DNA of 64,000 nucleotides, taken from positions 3,162,001 to 3,226,000 of the forward strand of contig JAYWIR010000021.1 of the NCBI GenBank assembly GCA_036172245.1, written 5' to 3'. The notes beneath the pieces are model-generated. The model had not been told where the DNA came from. It made no database searches and worked only from the letters and a program-made list of their open reading frames with translations. This stretch comes from Raillietiella orientalis. Lineage: Eukaryota. Made by a program: the position numbers and the translations under genes. Below, in pieces: positions 12,901 through 26,599 of the stretch (position 1 is the first letter of the stretch; each line of letters opens with the position of its first letter).

Positions 12901-14700
12901 CTTGCAGCAAGGTGACCCACCCGGTGACCAGACAGGCTACCTGCATGCGACCCTTCTTTGCCCAAGGTCGCGTGGTTCCCTCCCCCCAGGCAACCCTACT
13001 GCGTACCCGGGGCACTAGAATTCCTGCCATCCAAAGGCGGCGGAGTGCACTCTCCAGAGAGGATGCCTCCGGAAGCGATAGCCCCCGGAGCAGCGGCCAG
13101 TCTGAGAGCCGACTTCGCTGCTATTCCGGAGGCTCTCGAGGAAAAATTCCTGGAATGACACAGCGACGCATCTCATACATCAGGAAAAGAGTGCACGCAT
13201 CTCGTCATCTCCGGCGTCTGAGACTAGGGGAAAGACAAAGGCGATTAAAAGTCATCAGGTGAGAGCTGACTGCTGCAGGCGCCCTTCGAATCTCAGCGCC
13301 GAGGATGGAAGGAGACGCTTGAAAAGTCAATGCAAGGAGTCGCATCAACATGATGAGTCCAGAGCATGGCGATTTCGTCTTGCCCTCCTCCAATCAAGGG
13401 GGGAGGATGAGGAGGGCAAAGAGCCCAGAGTCAATCTGGGGGAGCCAGCATCTTGAGACTTCTCACCAGAGATGACCGAGTGATCCAGAACTGTAGTTGG
13501 GAAGCTACATGGGAGCTTCGGCATGCATCCTGGTCGAAGACTCGAGAAAGATGGGCAGTCCAAGAGAAACTTCTAGGTCCAACACCCGGAGGAGGCAATG
13601 ATGGAAGAGGACGGGAAGAGGGAAGAGGAGGTTCGAGAAAATTCCAGTATCCTTGGCAGCGCTTTGCACTGATACGCGTGGTAAGTCGGAGGATCCAGAT
13701 GGAGCTTTTTTTCCCCGTTGGAAGAGCATGGATTGGAGGCGACTTTCGAGAAGAATCTGCCTCGCTTCTGAACGGAGGTGATGGGACAAGATGTAGGGAC
13801 GAGGGGGACGAGAGGAGGTGCCGTAAGGAGAAGTGGGTTGGCTAAATGAAGATGAATCACTCCAAGGTGCCATTCCTCGGAGAAGTGTATGGAATCTCTT
13901 CGGCAGTTCTGTCCCTACTCTGATGGACAGCCCTTCCCCGTCCACTTTTCATTCCCGTTTTTTTCTAGTCAATGAGCACCAGTGTGCCTTTAAGGGGGTA
14001 AAAACAAAGGAAAGAAGGAAGAAGATGGGCGTTTCCCTTTAACAAAGGAGATTGCAGGAGGACTCGTCCGGAGGGAACGACTAGATTCGAGTTCCGGATG
14101 GAGTGGGTGCGCCTGCTGACTCGCGGACGCATCTTTTCCAGACAGCCGGAGAGGCGAAGAATCCTTCAGGATGGGCAGAGGTGGGTTCTGTCAAGACGCC
14201 AAGGGAAGAAGGGAAAGACGACAAGGAAGAGGAGGGCAGAAAGATCATCTTGGGAACAGGAAAGCGTGAAGACGTCGCTGGCGGAGCTGCTGCAACCCGT
14301 CCCCTCCGCTGCATTCAAAGATGCCATCTACACCACTCCCTCTAAGCAGTTTCGGAGATCATCTTAGAAAAGTCTTCCACATGCAGATGGCAACAGTGCA
14401 GTTTCCTTCCTCCTCCTTCCTCCCTTTCTCCTCTTCGTTCTCTCTTCCTCCTCGTTTTCTTCCTCCTCCTGCTCCTTTTATCCTTCCGGCAATACCACAT
14501 CACGTTCTTTTCTCACTTCTGGATCCTCCATGCAACACCCTGTGATCTGAACTCTGCACGACCGCTTGAAGATTCGAGGACGCCCGCTTGCGTCCGCTTG
14601 GGACTAGGGATGAGGATCGCAAGTGAAGATCTTCGGTGCGCGAAGAGTTGGACGGAAGCAGGGAACAGGAGCACACATGCATCATCTCCACTGATTAGTC
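10000..14700 (-). mobile_element. Degenerate L1/Tx1-like LINE relic, copy C
   Basis: ORF1-like 14310-14600; 'ENFYKR' (~12545-12565, cf. EFYK); 'GNSEWRFVSL' (~12420-12450, cf. NWRPISL); 'SGISLPPVCLCTFAVHTD' (~11600-11660, position of the YADD motif); zinc-finger remnant 'HCIFVSPKVGFF' (~10215-10255, cf. HxxFxCPxVxxFW). Confidence 0.45.
14308..14610. repeat. Diverged direct repeat, copy 2 (partner at 8720-9015)
   Basis: See copy 1. Both copies encode 'VA(T/I)CMWKTF' on the minus strand. Confidence 0.8.
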
Positions 14701-14999
14701 AGGAATGTTGGCAGATAGAAAGAGGTTTTCCGGTTGACCAGGGAACGGAATGGATGTGTCCTAAATGCGGAGAAGCCTCTGGGAACTTGCTACCGAGATC
14801 GCGAGGAGTTGGTGCCGCGGGGGCTGAGCCCGGCTGCAAAGAAGACCGCGAATTCCGGGACAGATTTCGAGAACGAGCAGTGGTCGTTTAGACAGAGACT
14901 GACCCCAACGCTCGTGGGCGTCGAGGTCGGCCTTAGTTGGTGGCGAACCCAGAGTAGGTAGACTTCGGAAATTACGTAAGGAGGGTGTGGCCGGCCGAG

Positions 15000-17900
15000 T
15001 TCTCAACTGGTCCATGCGGTGCAGCGGTGTGTTCCATGATTTCCAGACATCGTGCCTTGTGGAATCAGACATTTCCAGGAGACCGCTATGAGCCTGCAAA
15101 GAGCGGCGACTCTCTCAGACAAGAATTCTCCTTCGTCGGATGTAAGGGGTTGAAGAGCCCAACGAAGCAACTCTCTGTAGGATGAGCAACTGTCCTCGGG
15201 AATGTCTCCAGGGGTCCTAAAAGCGTGCGAAAGACCGAAGGATCCATCGAAATCAGAAAGTGGGCAGAGACGAGCCAAGACAAAACAAGAGCGGACGTGC
15301 TTGCTCGGGGTAAGGAGGCTCCGGGTGCAGGAACTTGGGAATGGACCTCGCCTGCTCTCTCTCGAGAGAGTTCCGTTGACAAAGGTGGGTTCCGGAGACC
15401 AGAGACGGAGGGAAGGCAGTGAGAATCCGGGAGGACGTCTTCCTTCTTCCAGGTTCCAGGACGGACTTCTTTCTCGGTTCCCTGCATCACCGATGATAGA
15501 CTCCACAGAAAGGTCTCTCGACCTTTCTGTGAAGAAACGGAGACGCCCTGGAATCTGCACCGCGTCTAGAAACAACTGTGATACCTTCGGTCAGGGCGAG
15601 GAGACAGCCTCGTCGTGACATATGGTGAAGCAGGGACCTGGAGGATGCGCTCTTGAAAATCCCTCAAGGGTGGCGCAGAGAGGACACCGCATCCTGGGGA
15701 GGAAGTTCCGGATCATCCCGAATTCCCCAGGCTTGCCAAATGGGTCTCCAGTCTGTGATCTCTGAGCGAAGGGATCGCGATTCGGCGGTTTCATGACTGC
15801 AAATGAAGACGTGTCCACTAGTGGGGTTCTTCCGCGCGCACCCTGACCACGGTTCCCTCGTCTCTAGCAGGCGAGGGAGAACGGGACCACGCTCCAGAAA
15901 ACCCGTCGATCTTTCAGGATTCCTCTGGGGCTGGCAGTGAGTCCCACTATCTCGAGTCGGTTCCAGGACGAAGCCTGGTAGAATGAAGGCAGAGACCACT
16001 TACGAGGATGCTTGAAGGTCGTGGAGGCGGTCTTCCTGGTTTCCTCCTCTTCAGCAGACTCAGTGAAAGGTGATCCGCACCAACCGTTGTCCCTGCATCT
16101 TGGCATTCCATTTTTTTGGTCCAGCATGCGGCACCAAAAGAGTCTATCTCCGTATTCTTTTGAGTATCCTGTCGGGCAAGCTCTCTCATCGCCGTCACTC
16201 CTCCTGCGATGTCCTTTGACTAGAGAAACCTGGGAAAGCCGAGCAGCAGGTCAAGGGTAGAGGGAAGTGGAGGTCGACGGAAAGAGTCGCTTTGGAGGAG
16301 CTTTTCTTGCTTCCCTGCCCACACCCGTGCTCGAGACCAAGTGACAGTCTTTCTCCTCTTTCCAGTTTGGAGGAATCCCCTTCCAAGAGGGACCTGTGGT
16401 GGGAGAAGGCTAATCCCTACTAGAGCCCTGCAGCTCCTCCTCGTTTTCCGATCCCCTCTTTCTGGCGAAGGACAGTGAGCAACAAGCTTCGGGTTCCGGA
16501 GACTCTTCCTCTCTCTCTCTCCCCCCTCCTTCTTCCCGGGAGGCCCTCGTCGACGGGAGCGCGACCGCACTCTCCATCAGCTATACCGAGACGTGCGACC
16601 CTGGCAATCCTAACTGCTCGCTCCTCCATCGGAGGTACGGTGGATGGGAGACTGAGGCTGAACTCCTCCAAGGATCCATCGAGACGAAAGATCGGGGAAG
16701 GGCTGTCTACCTGACGAAGCTACCCTATGAGGCTCCATCTTGTTCCAAACCCCTCTTTCCTATGACTTCTGGCTCCACTCCAGGAGCTCATTTCGTTTGA
16801 CCCCGTCCCATCGAGGCGAGAGTCACCCCGCTTTCGCGAGTCGAGTGCATGCTGGCCCAAGCCATGAGGTTTCTCCACCCCATTCTCAGATGCAACCACC
16901 TTTCCCCCTCCCAACCCCTTTTCTCCTTCCTTGCTGCTCCGGCCGCGGAGGAGGAGGGCGTGCCTACGCGCGTAGACGAAGAATCCCCGCCTCCTTCTCG
17001 AGACCTCATCCGCCCTTCCTCCTCCTCATCGTCATCGTCGCCGCCTTTGTCATCCTTTCCGGCTCCTCCGACACCGCGTCTTCGTTCCCACGAGCGAACG
17101 GAACACAACCGGAACCCGAGAGGAAAGGAGGGTCTCCTCGCCTTTCGGGGAGTCGGGCTCTCCCCTGGAGAGGCCCATAATCTCCTTTGGACCCGGAACG
17201 CGCTCTCCCCGAAGAGGGTCCCATGGGGAGAGAAAAGAACCCTCCTTCATCGGCCCGGAGGGAAGCAGAAGTTTTCCTGTCGGAAAGGACTCCGGTTCCC
17301 GGGAATCTGGCCGCGAATGGGTCTGCGGGGAAACGATAACCCTCCCTCCCTGTACGATGGCTGCCGTCTCCTGGACCCCACTCAGGAATACAAAGAAGTC
17401 CCTGTTTCCACCTCTTGGAAGAGTTCCTCTTTCTCCTTCCGTCCCTCTCACCTTCCTTTGTTTACGGCCACGCAACCATTCATCCCGCTCTTCCTCTTCC
17501 TTTTTTTTTTCTCCTTTTCCTGACTCTCCTTTATTTTTCCGGGCGAGAGGGTTGCCCGGATCGAAAGCGTGGCCGGCAAAATCCCGTTTCCCGGATCTGC
17601 CATTTTTTTTTTTTTTATGACAAAGGACCCTCGCGACGGGAGCGAGTCCGAGAGCAAATCTCCCGAGATGAAAGCTCCTGACGGATTATCTGCTGATTGC
17701 GACTTATTCAGGAGCAGGGAGCACGCGCTCCGGCATCCCGCTTCCCCGCCGGCGAGAACGGGTTAGACACTGGGGTCTCTCTCCCTTCTTCCTCTTCCTC
17801 CGCACTCTCGGTAGAGCGATGCGCTATTCTCGCCAGCCGGGGACTCGCGCTCCTTGGATTCTTCGTCGCCTCCTTTCCCACGGGACTTCTCTTCCGCGTC

Positions 17901-18450
17901 GGAAGAGAGGGAGAGGAAAAAAAAGTCCCCCTAAGAAAGGGGTGGGCGGCGGGAGTGATGAGCTTAGTTCAGGGATCCCTCCCTTCGGTTCCTCCTGGTG
18001 TCGCTCGCGAAAGGGGAGGCGCTCCATCATGGATCGGTTGGTCGTCTGGGGAAGCGAATCCTCCTGTCCTCCCCTCCCTTTCTTCTCCCTCTCTCTCCAG
18101 GTGGGAGAGCGCTGTAGGAGGGAAGATGGCAGGGGGTCGGCTTCTGCCACGCCCTATGGGAGCTTCGCTGCCCGGTCGCCTTGCAAGGTCTGTCCTGTGA
18201 CCGCTGCAGGACCAACCCGCCCTCGAGACCTAGCGCTGGCTGCAGAGGTCCGCCTTCTCTGCATCCTCCGAAGGGTGAGGGATCTGATACGGAGGAGGCT
18301 AACAGAAAGCCTCCCCTACCGTCAGCGTGGCCCGTCCCCTCCCGCTGCTTCCGGGCTTCAAAATTCTGTTCTGTCAGTCGCCGAGCAACGACTCTTTCTC
18401 TGTCTCAGAGAGTTGGCTCTTCCGAATGCTTCACCGGAAATCCACGCCTC
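15000..18450 (-). mobile_element. Degenerate LINE relic, copy E (EN plus partial RT, 3'-truncated)
   Basis: EN-like 'DFFVFLSGVQET' (~17365-17400, cf. LQET) and 'GDSRLDG' (~16800-16830); 'SPFTESAEE' (~16045-16075); RT-like 'LFLDAVQIPGR' (~15545-15578) and 'TFVNGTLSRE' (~15358-15390, cf. VNGxLS). Confidence 0.5.
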
Positions 18451-18699
18451 GGAGTGGCCACTCGGGTTCGTCGGGACGTTTGTTCAGGGATAAAATAAAC
18501 ATACACAATCTCTGCGGTTGGACCACCGGTCCAACCACGTCCTTTTTAGATCTAACTTGCCGCGTCACCAGTTCGCAGACTGATGAGGTCCACCACTGTA
18601 ACAGAAGGGAGGGAGACAAACAAAAAGAAAAAAGAACGAAAAATAAAATTAAATAAACTTCGGAGGTCTGCAGGATGCTCTTGCTGTATGGAGTTGTTC

Positions 18700-21600
18700 A
18701 GATGGGTCATCTCGTTGCTGTCCTCATGAATCGGACGGCAAAGTTGATGTGGCACCCTATCGCTCGGTCCTCCTCTTGCTGGATCATCGCTGCCTGCAGC
18801 GATGATACTACATAGGAAGCAGAGGGCTGCTGGCGAGGCTACCGGCCGCAGTGCGTCGCGAACGAGAAGGGGTCGTAAAGCGTCTCTAGCATTGCCACCG
18901 GGGGTTCCAAGGGTCGCGGCAAAGCTTCCCCAAAGGGGTCGGAGGGCAACACAGTTCACCAGGAGGTAAGAGAGGGATTCCCACTCCTCGCACCTTGCAC
19001 AGCTGGGGTCCACACACATCCCGTATCCAGTAATCCCGGCGGGAGTTGCACGGGAGGTCCCAGTGCAGCAGCATCAACGCCTACCCCTGCCACTTTAAGG
19101 GGAGGGTGCGGGTGTTCATGAGCACCGGGGACTACTGCAGGTCTTCCTCTGGAAAACCCAGTAGCACGCCCCAGCGCAAAAGTCCATGAGGTCGAGCACT
19201 TGGAGTCGCAGCATCAGTGAGCTGGCCCGTCATCCACTCATTGCATCCTTCCCTCCTGGCGGAGAGAGAGAGCTCTCTTCTAGCCACCAGGCTACTGCCC
19301 ATTTCTTCCTTGAAGGTGGACAGCGCTCCGTCAAGGGAGGGTGTCGGTCCTGCCCACGCACTCTTCAACGGGTGTTTCTGGATCTCTCGGAGCGGGCAGT
19401 TGCTAAAGGAACAGCTTAGCAAACGCTGCGTCTGTTCTGGACAAAGCTAGTTGTGCTGAGCTCACGTGAGAACGGTTCCCTTCAGCCAGGCGGCACGAGA
19501 TCCACGCTCCGGAGGGGGAGCGCTGCCGTTCTCTCGCCTCTTTCCTCTGAGAGCGCCCGTTCCGAGGTCGTGACGCTCGTGCCCGACGGGCAGGTTCATC
19601 CTGTTCGATCTGCACGAGGAGGGTTCAAGTAGCGAGGCTGCCTTTTGAGGCCCCATCCTGTTCCAACAGGAACTGCTCTTTCCTGTGAGTTCCGTTCCTT
19701 GGGCTCGTTCTGTTTGACTTCGTCCCGTCGAGACCAGGGTCGTCTTCGCTTTCGCAACTCGAGTGCATGCCGGCTCCAGTCCGTAGGATTCCAGACTCCT
19801 CCATCCCACTCTCAGAGGCAACGGGAAAATCGCTCGGGAGTGTTCTTCCGCGGGCAGCATCCCGCGAGTTCAGCCGTGGGAGGGGACTCGAGCGCGAGAT
19901 GATTGACCGCGGGGATTCGAGCCGCCTGCTCGCATAATCAGGTGATCCGTCGGAGAGCTTCCAGAAATTAAAAGCCTGCAGCCTGAGTCACCCCTTCTTA
20001 TGAGGGAACGGAACCTCCCCTTTTTTTACCACTCGACGAGTTATTGCTTGCTGCTGCAACTCAAGCGGTACTCGTACGCAATCATTAAAGCCTTCTTGAC
20101 TCTCAAGAATTATTTTTATCTGGTGCAAATGACAGTTTGATCTTCGAACAATGCGAAAACTTGCCAAATTACCGGGCATGCTGTCTTGAAAGATCGCTAA
20201 AAAAGACAGCCAAAAAATTAAGCTGTTCTTTACTGATGCGCCATTCCTCGCTTAGTGCCTGAAGATGCAAATGAGGCATGGAAGATATCTGTGGGGAAAT
20301 ATTAAAAAAAGATATCGTCCGTGTGATTCCAGGATGCACGAAAAACCACCTTATCTTTTCCGAGTTCCTACCCAGGGGTGCCATAACGAAAAACTTCCAC
20401 CATTATCGCGACCGCCGGAGTGGGCAAAGATATCGGAGCGATAAAAAAGAGTGCAAAAGCACAGGAAAAAAAACTCGGAATGGGAAGATAACCGGACTCG
20501 GAAGCAGGAATGTTTATCAAGGAACCGAGGACCTCTTATCGGAAGGAGGAGGAGGGGGAAGAGATCGGAGGGAGAAGAAGAGGAAGAGAAATCGCCAAAT
20601 CGTCACCAGCTTATGCGTCAAGAGGTAGGCAGGTCCACGAATGGAAGAGTCCGGGATTCGCTGGACGCTGCTGCAACCACGGCGGCGGCAGATTTCACAG
20701 GCTGCCGTCGGCTGCGCTTTGGCGCGGTACCCTGCAACCCGGAAGCATCTGACGACGCCCCCTGTGGAGACGCATCCGCGCTCTGGAGATGAGCCCTTCG
20801 GATTGGAAATGGACGGATCGCCTCCAGATTGCGTATCCCGACAGAAGCACGGCTCCAGACTGGGTGCGGTTTGCTCCCGCTTGTTCCGGCAGGATCCTGA
20901 GAGTAGGGCGAGACAGCTGCTGTTACTCCACGCGATGGATCGATACGAGGTGGACAGTTACAGGTAGGTCTCGACTTCGGGATCACCGAAAATCAGATTT
21001 CATCTTCCCGGTGAGGTGTTCGAAAAAGCTGTCCTACAGAACGGGATGCAGGGAGCCACTCGGAAAGCTCCGGAACGGTGCCAACTAAAGACAATCAGCC
21101 GCCTCGGTCCATTCAACACTTTACCAAGTGGGTTGCCAAACAACTCACCGACTCCACGATTTCAAACGTTTCCCTTTCCCGTTCTTGCCCGGATAGCGGA
21201 CAAGGTGCCAAATCTGCAGAAGGTCGATCTCTCCAGGGCCAGCACGGTCCATGGACGCTCTCTCGTTCCCAAGAGAGATACCACACTAGCCGTTCCCTTA
21301 TCTCCCAAAGAGACTCTGCCACCAGACACCAGACCACCAGACTTCCTCTGGGTAACACGCAAACTCCTGCTGCGGTGCCCTTCCGTTTAATGAGCTCCCG
21401 CGAGCAGGGACCACTGTTTTCCCCCATCGATGGCTTGTCCTCAACCTCTGGAGGCAGTGATTGCTCAAAGTCATAACTCAAGCCGAAGGAAATTCTCACA
21501 TGGAACTTTGCTGGTTTGGAACCAGTAGGTATTTTTCACTCGGATGCATCCCGAAGGCCTCTCCCATCCCCGTTTACTGATACTTTAAGAACAGGCATTT

Positions 21601-24600
21601 CGTACGAGTAGGATGTCTCCGAATGGATTCTTCGAATTTTCACGACCCACAGCATGCCGCATGCTCAGCGTCGGTGTGAGCATGAAACGCGGAAAGGTCA
21701 CATACACTTGGATCTCCAACGCAACTGCGATTGTCCACCATCGTATCTGCCTCTGTCACCCAACATGCTCTCGCCAACGCTAAAGAGGAAACTCTCCAGC
21801 CGAGAAGATGCGCAACAGCCATAACTGCGAATTCTATGTAATTCGATTGGATGCATGATGTGCTACACAGGGGGAAGGGAATCATGCTCCTGCTTCCTCC
21901 ACCCAACGTCATCTCTTCGGCTTAAGAAACCGCTAAATCCAGAAACACTTTTTCCACTATCCGTAAAAGAGTAAGAACGAGTGGAAGATGTTGAAACAAG
22001 CTGGTCAGCAAGCTGTCTTTCCAAGCCAAGCAAGTGGATTGTCCTTTAAGGAGGAATGAACGCTCTTCTTGAGTCTTTAGAATCGGAAACTCCGGAACTG
22101 AGATGAAGAAAAGCAACAGAAAGAATATAGCTGAAGATGACTGCATACCTCTGAGATGTCGACAGGTCTGTTGCGTTCGTGCCTCTGAGCTGCAGTCGTC
22201 TACTAGAAGTTGAGCAGAGCAAAAAGTTCCTCTAGAATAGAGAATCTTGATTGGATTTAACAGGGGATGCTGTTCAAGAAACTTCCTCGAAGGACTTCCT
22301 TGGTGGTAACAGAGGAATCCACTAATTAAAGCGTGCTGGCATCCTCTTAGTAGGTCTGAGGTCTTTTTAAAAATCGTCTGTGACAGTAACGATCTCTTCC
22401 CGGGTGGTGATTCTCAGGAAGAGAAGAGGTGTTCCTCCCACAAGAACCTTTTTATGGCTCCAGGGCAACCGCCCTTTGTTCGGTTTGAGGAAGGTTTCGG
22501 CTTCTTATTTCGTTGCGATGATGAGGAAGGGCTACTTTGGAAAAAGCACCCTTGATAGAAGAGGGACCGCAAGGAGCCACTTGAAGAATCCAGGGACTGG
22601 ATCTCTATTTGGAGTATTTCCATTTATCTCCGTTTCCTTCCGATTCCAGTTTTCTGACAATACCACTCCTGTCTTCGCGTTCGTTCAGCCACGGGAAGAT
22701 GCAGCGTCGTTCTTCCACATCTCAGATGACCCTTCACTATCCAGTGCCACCACCGCATGGGAATCCACAGAAAAACGTTCATATCCCAGTCCAGCCTACA
22801 CAGTTTTCGCATTTCAAGGTGGAAAACGCATCGGCACAATAGCATTTCCCCTTCTGGGAATCGGGACTCCTGGAGTCCTCGGAGGCTGAGACGCGGCGGT
22901 CTTTGCCAGATGCGCCAGCCTTCGTGACGCCGTCCTGCGGGAACGTGACGGAACCTCGAGCAGCAGCGATTGCTATCAGGATCATCGAATCACCCAGCAG
23001 ATTGCTGCGAGACCGCAATCCTGAAAAGATGGCTTCGTGAGCAGGTTCTCTGCGACGTAAGAGGGGAGAATCACAGGCGAATGCAAGAACAAGTGATTCC
23101 TCATCTCTTCAGAGCCTTCAAGGAAACTACGATTTAGTTCTTTTGCTTCCTTTTCGTTCATTCTGGGATCCGCCAATGAGAGACTCGCACGCGGAAAAAC
23201 GCCTTCTCGTTCCTCTCAGCGTTACGTTTGCTCTCCGTGAGACGCGCACGATGACCGGCGCTTTGGGAGAGACCGGATCGAGAAAGGGATAAAGTAACGC
23301 GGACGATCTGGACTGGAGACCCGAACTGCACTTCCCGTGCCCTGGTCCAACCTTACGTCGCTTTCTGTGTCTCTCTTGACGCCAGCGCTTGAAGGGGTGC
23401 TCCAAAACCCTGGCGAGCAGGTGAAACAGGTCGGCTTCTACAGCTCCATAGTAGCTCAGAACCCGCGTCTCTAGGAAACTGAATGCCACAATGAAGCTTC
23501 AGCAAGAAAAGACGAAGACTCTGAATAGAGAGGTGGAGAGAAGAAGCGCGGTCATCCCGAGCTTCAGAGTCGAAATTCCCGGAGGCTTAAAGCCTGGCAC
23601 CCTCTTTACGAGAACCGGAAGTAGTCAGCAAAGGAGGCATAGATGTCCCCGCAGTCCCCATGAATATTCATAGCTCTGAGAATGTCCCATAATGATGTGA
23701 GAGTCATGGAAGGTTTCCAGAACGGATTCCATATCTGGGCAGACGTTTGCTGGGGAGGAAGAGGCGGAGAATCCACCAAATATTTCTCTGGAAGGATGGC
23801 AAATAAAGAGAGATTGACCCTGAAAGTCTTTTTCAGAAGGAGGAAGATACGGGCGTGATCCTGGCTTCTTTTTCTCAAGAGTTCTTCCTTTCCATCCTGG
23901 ACGACTCGTGCCGAAGAAGCAGTAGGAGTCGGAGCAGTAGCACCTGGTAGTCCTGCACTCTCCTCTAGTCTTCGGGGAAGTCAGTAGGAAGGAGCCTCGT
24001 GCACGTCTTTCGAGAAACCCAAATGGCACCACTGTAGAGATTTGCTGCGTGGAAGGATGGGATGGTAACGATTTCTCTCATTCCCACTAAGGCGTACCTG
24101 GCGTGCGGCAGCGCGACCTCCGCCTCCACTTAATGTGGTCTAGCATTCCTCCTTAAAGAAAAAGGGAAGAGAGGGAAGATAATCCACAGAGGTCGCAGCT
24201 TCTTACGAGAGCCACACCCTTCCAGAGAGTGAGCTGCCCTGCGGCCCTACATCGGTTCCCATCGCTCCGCGTATCCCCAAATCGTGGTGCTGGGGAGATA
24301 TGCGGCAGGAATGGACGAGACTCTGTTTCCCGACGAGGAAGGACGGGTTCTGGCGTTCGTTGAGGCCGCCGTCTTCATGGAGACGAATAGCGAAACGGTC
24401 TGAGCTGTGGGCGATCGTGAGGAAAGAGATAATGGAGACACCTGGCTCTGCGAGGGATTCACCCGACAGGTGAGTCAAGAGGGAGAACAGGGGGTCCTGA
24501 ACCCCGAATTCCTCTTTTAAAAAGGGGTAGAACTGGAAACTTCAAGTGCCTTGGGAAAGGAGTGAGGAGATTGATTCCGGGTAAGGTGATTTCGTTCCCG

Positions 24601-25000
24601 AAGGAATTGGCATCCTGGAAAGGAACTCCAGTACATTAGGAGAGAGGCGCTCTGACGACTCTCCCTTCCCTAAAGGGCCACTCGGACGAACGGCGAGCCG
24701 CCTCACCCACCTTCTCTCACTTTGCCTTTTGGGAGCGGCAGAGGGACAAGGTCAGACCACGTAAGGGTGGGAGCACTTCCTCACGAACTCCCTACGGGGA
24801 GAGAAGACGAGATTCCTGGACTTCTTCGGAGATCACCACCCCTGGAAAGCGAAGATCGAGGAAGTCGGACGGACCACGGAGGACGGGAAAGATTGCATGC
24901 TCTGGAAGAGGGACGCGCGGCAACCGCTGGAACGGACCTGGGAGGAGGCCGTTTCTTCAGGAAGACCGGAAGTCTCAGGAGCGACCCCTCGCCTTCCGGA
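18700..25000 (-). mobile_element. Degenerate L1/Tx1-like LINE relic, copy D (best-preserved motif series)
   Basis: EN 'RWRQERH..SSALL' (ORF 23127-23489) and 'LCRLDW' (~22780-22800); pre-RT 'KTQEERSFLLKGQSTCLAWKDSL' (ORF 21922-22146); 'SNYIEFAVMAVAHLLGWRV' (~21790-21850); 'LSYDFEQSL' (~21455-21485, cf. DFEKAFD); 'NRGVGELFGNPL' (~21125-21162, cf. RGVRQGxPL); 'KKGGGSVP' (~20005-20030); zf-RVT 'LPLKWQ..LLHWDLP...CARCEEWESLSYLLVNC' (~18950-19105). 5' boundary uncertain. Confidence 0.65.
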
Positions 25001-26599
25001 AGGGACCTACGGAAGAAAGCGGGAGCTCCTTGGCTGGCGCATCGCTCTGGGTTCGCCCTCCGAGGAACGGGGGAGGCTTCCCGCCCTCGGAAAGGAGTGA
25101 GTGGGAGGAGAGAGAGGGGAGGGGGAGAGATTTCTGCACAGAGGAAAACTCATCAGGATGGGGGCAGGAGGTAGAGACTACCTCTCTGGCGCAAGACCTC
25201 CCAGGAGAAGCAGGGAAGGAGCAACTTCCGGTTTGTCCTTGCCTTCCTTCGCTTGGCAGGGAGCCCCGCGCCTTCCGGAATCCTGTTTCTCTCCTCCCCC
25301 CTCTTCCTCCTCCCTTCGTTTCCGCTGCGCTTGTTCCTAGAATTCTCCTTTGTTTTCCTTCTCCTCCTCTCTTGGGCGCCCGCCAGTGGAAGAGCGCCAG
25401 AGGCCGCTTTTCTTCGGGAAGCTGCCCTTCGTCCCCTGCCTTTCTCACCTCTTGCCCTCCGCAGCAAGCGGGACAGCAGACTCCCACCCTCGTGCCGAAC
25501 TCCCGATCCTCCTTCCCTCCCGGGGAATGACGCTTTCTTCCTTGGGATCCCTCCCGGTTTTTTCCTCATCCAAGGACGAATCAGGGAGGAAGACCCTGCT
25601 TGCATGTCCCAGAGTTCTGCGCCGTCCTCTTTCCTCCGTCTCCCCCAAATTTTTATCTCTTCGGCTGCATGAATCGTCCCGAGTACCCCTGTTGCTTTCT
25701 CCTCATTCCGATTCTCTGCCTCTTCATCGGCAGCAGCAGCATCCTCTTTTCTTCTTCTCCTTCCTCCTCCCCTCTCCTTTCGGCGGAAGAAATCCTCAAG
25801 CTGCGGCAACGCAACCTTCCTCCCTCCATCTTGGACCCGACAGGGGGCACAATGTTCCGGACACGCTTCTCTTCTGCCGGTATTCCCCCCCTCCTGCTCC
25901 CTTCCGAGCCGGTCCCGAGGCTGTTGCTCTTTCCTAGGCAGTTTCCTGGCGTCGCTTCCTCGACTTCCTGCTTTTTCAGGAACCCGGCTGGGATCCTCGA
26001 CTCCCCTGAGCGCGGGCGCACACGGGCGGCCGGGTTTCCCGTAATCTCCCCTCGCGCGAGAGCTGATCCCCTCGCCCCGAGCGGCCCCAACCCCCCTTGC
26101 GCTTTTCCGCGAGTTGTGCCCTACGGGGAGGGCGCGAACTCAGGGAGAAGAAAAGTGAGCAATGTCTCTGCGCGAATGGGAGAGCTCCCTTGGGTCCCTC
26201 GGAGAGGTCCAGAAGGTGAACCTCCTGAAGCAAAGCTTCACCGAATCTTTCATCGAAAACACTCCTTTTTCTTTTCTCTTTAATTCTTTGCGGATTGGTC
26301 ATCAATCGGTTGCTATTGGCAACGCGCACTCAAAAGGGCAGCCGCGAAATAAAGGAGATACGGAAAAGGCCAACGAATCACGGAATCGGAGTGGGAGGGA
26401 AAAGTGGGTAGGAACGCTGGCGACGCCTGCTGGGTCATCCCGCTTGTCCCGGAGAGCCCGTGAGGGGTCGGGCAACAGGGAGCGAGGACGGGAGGGGAGT
26501 AAAAACACCCCAGGAGGGGAAGAGTGCACGCAGCCGTCGACGATGCGGATCCTTGAGGCGGCGTAGCTAGCAAAGGGAAGCGGAGAGTCAGGGAATCTT

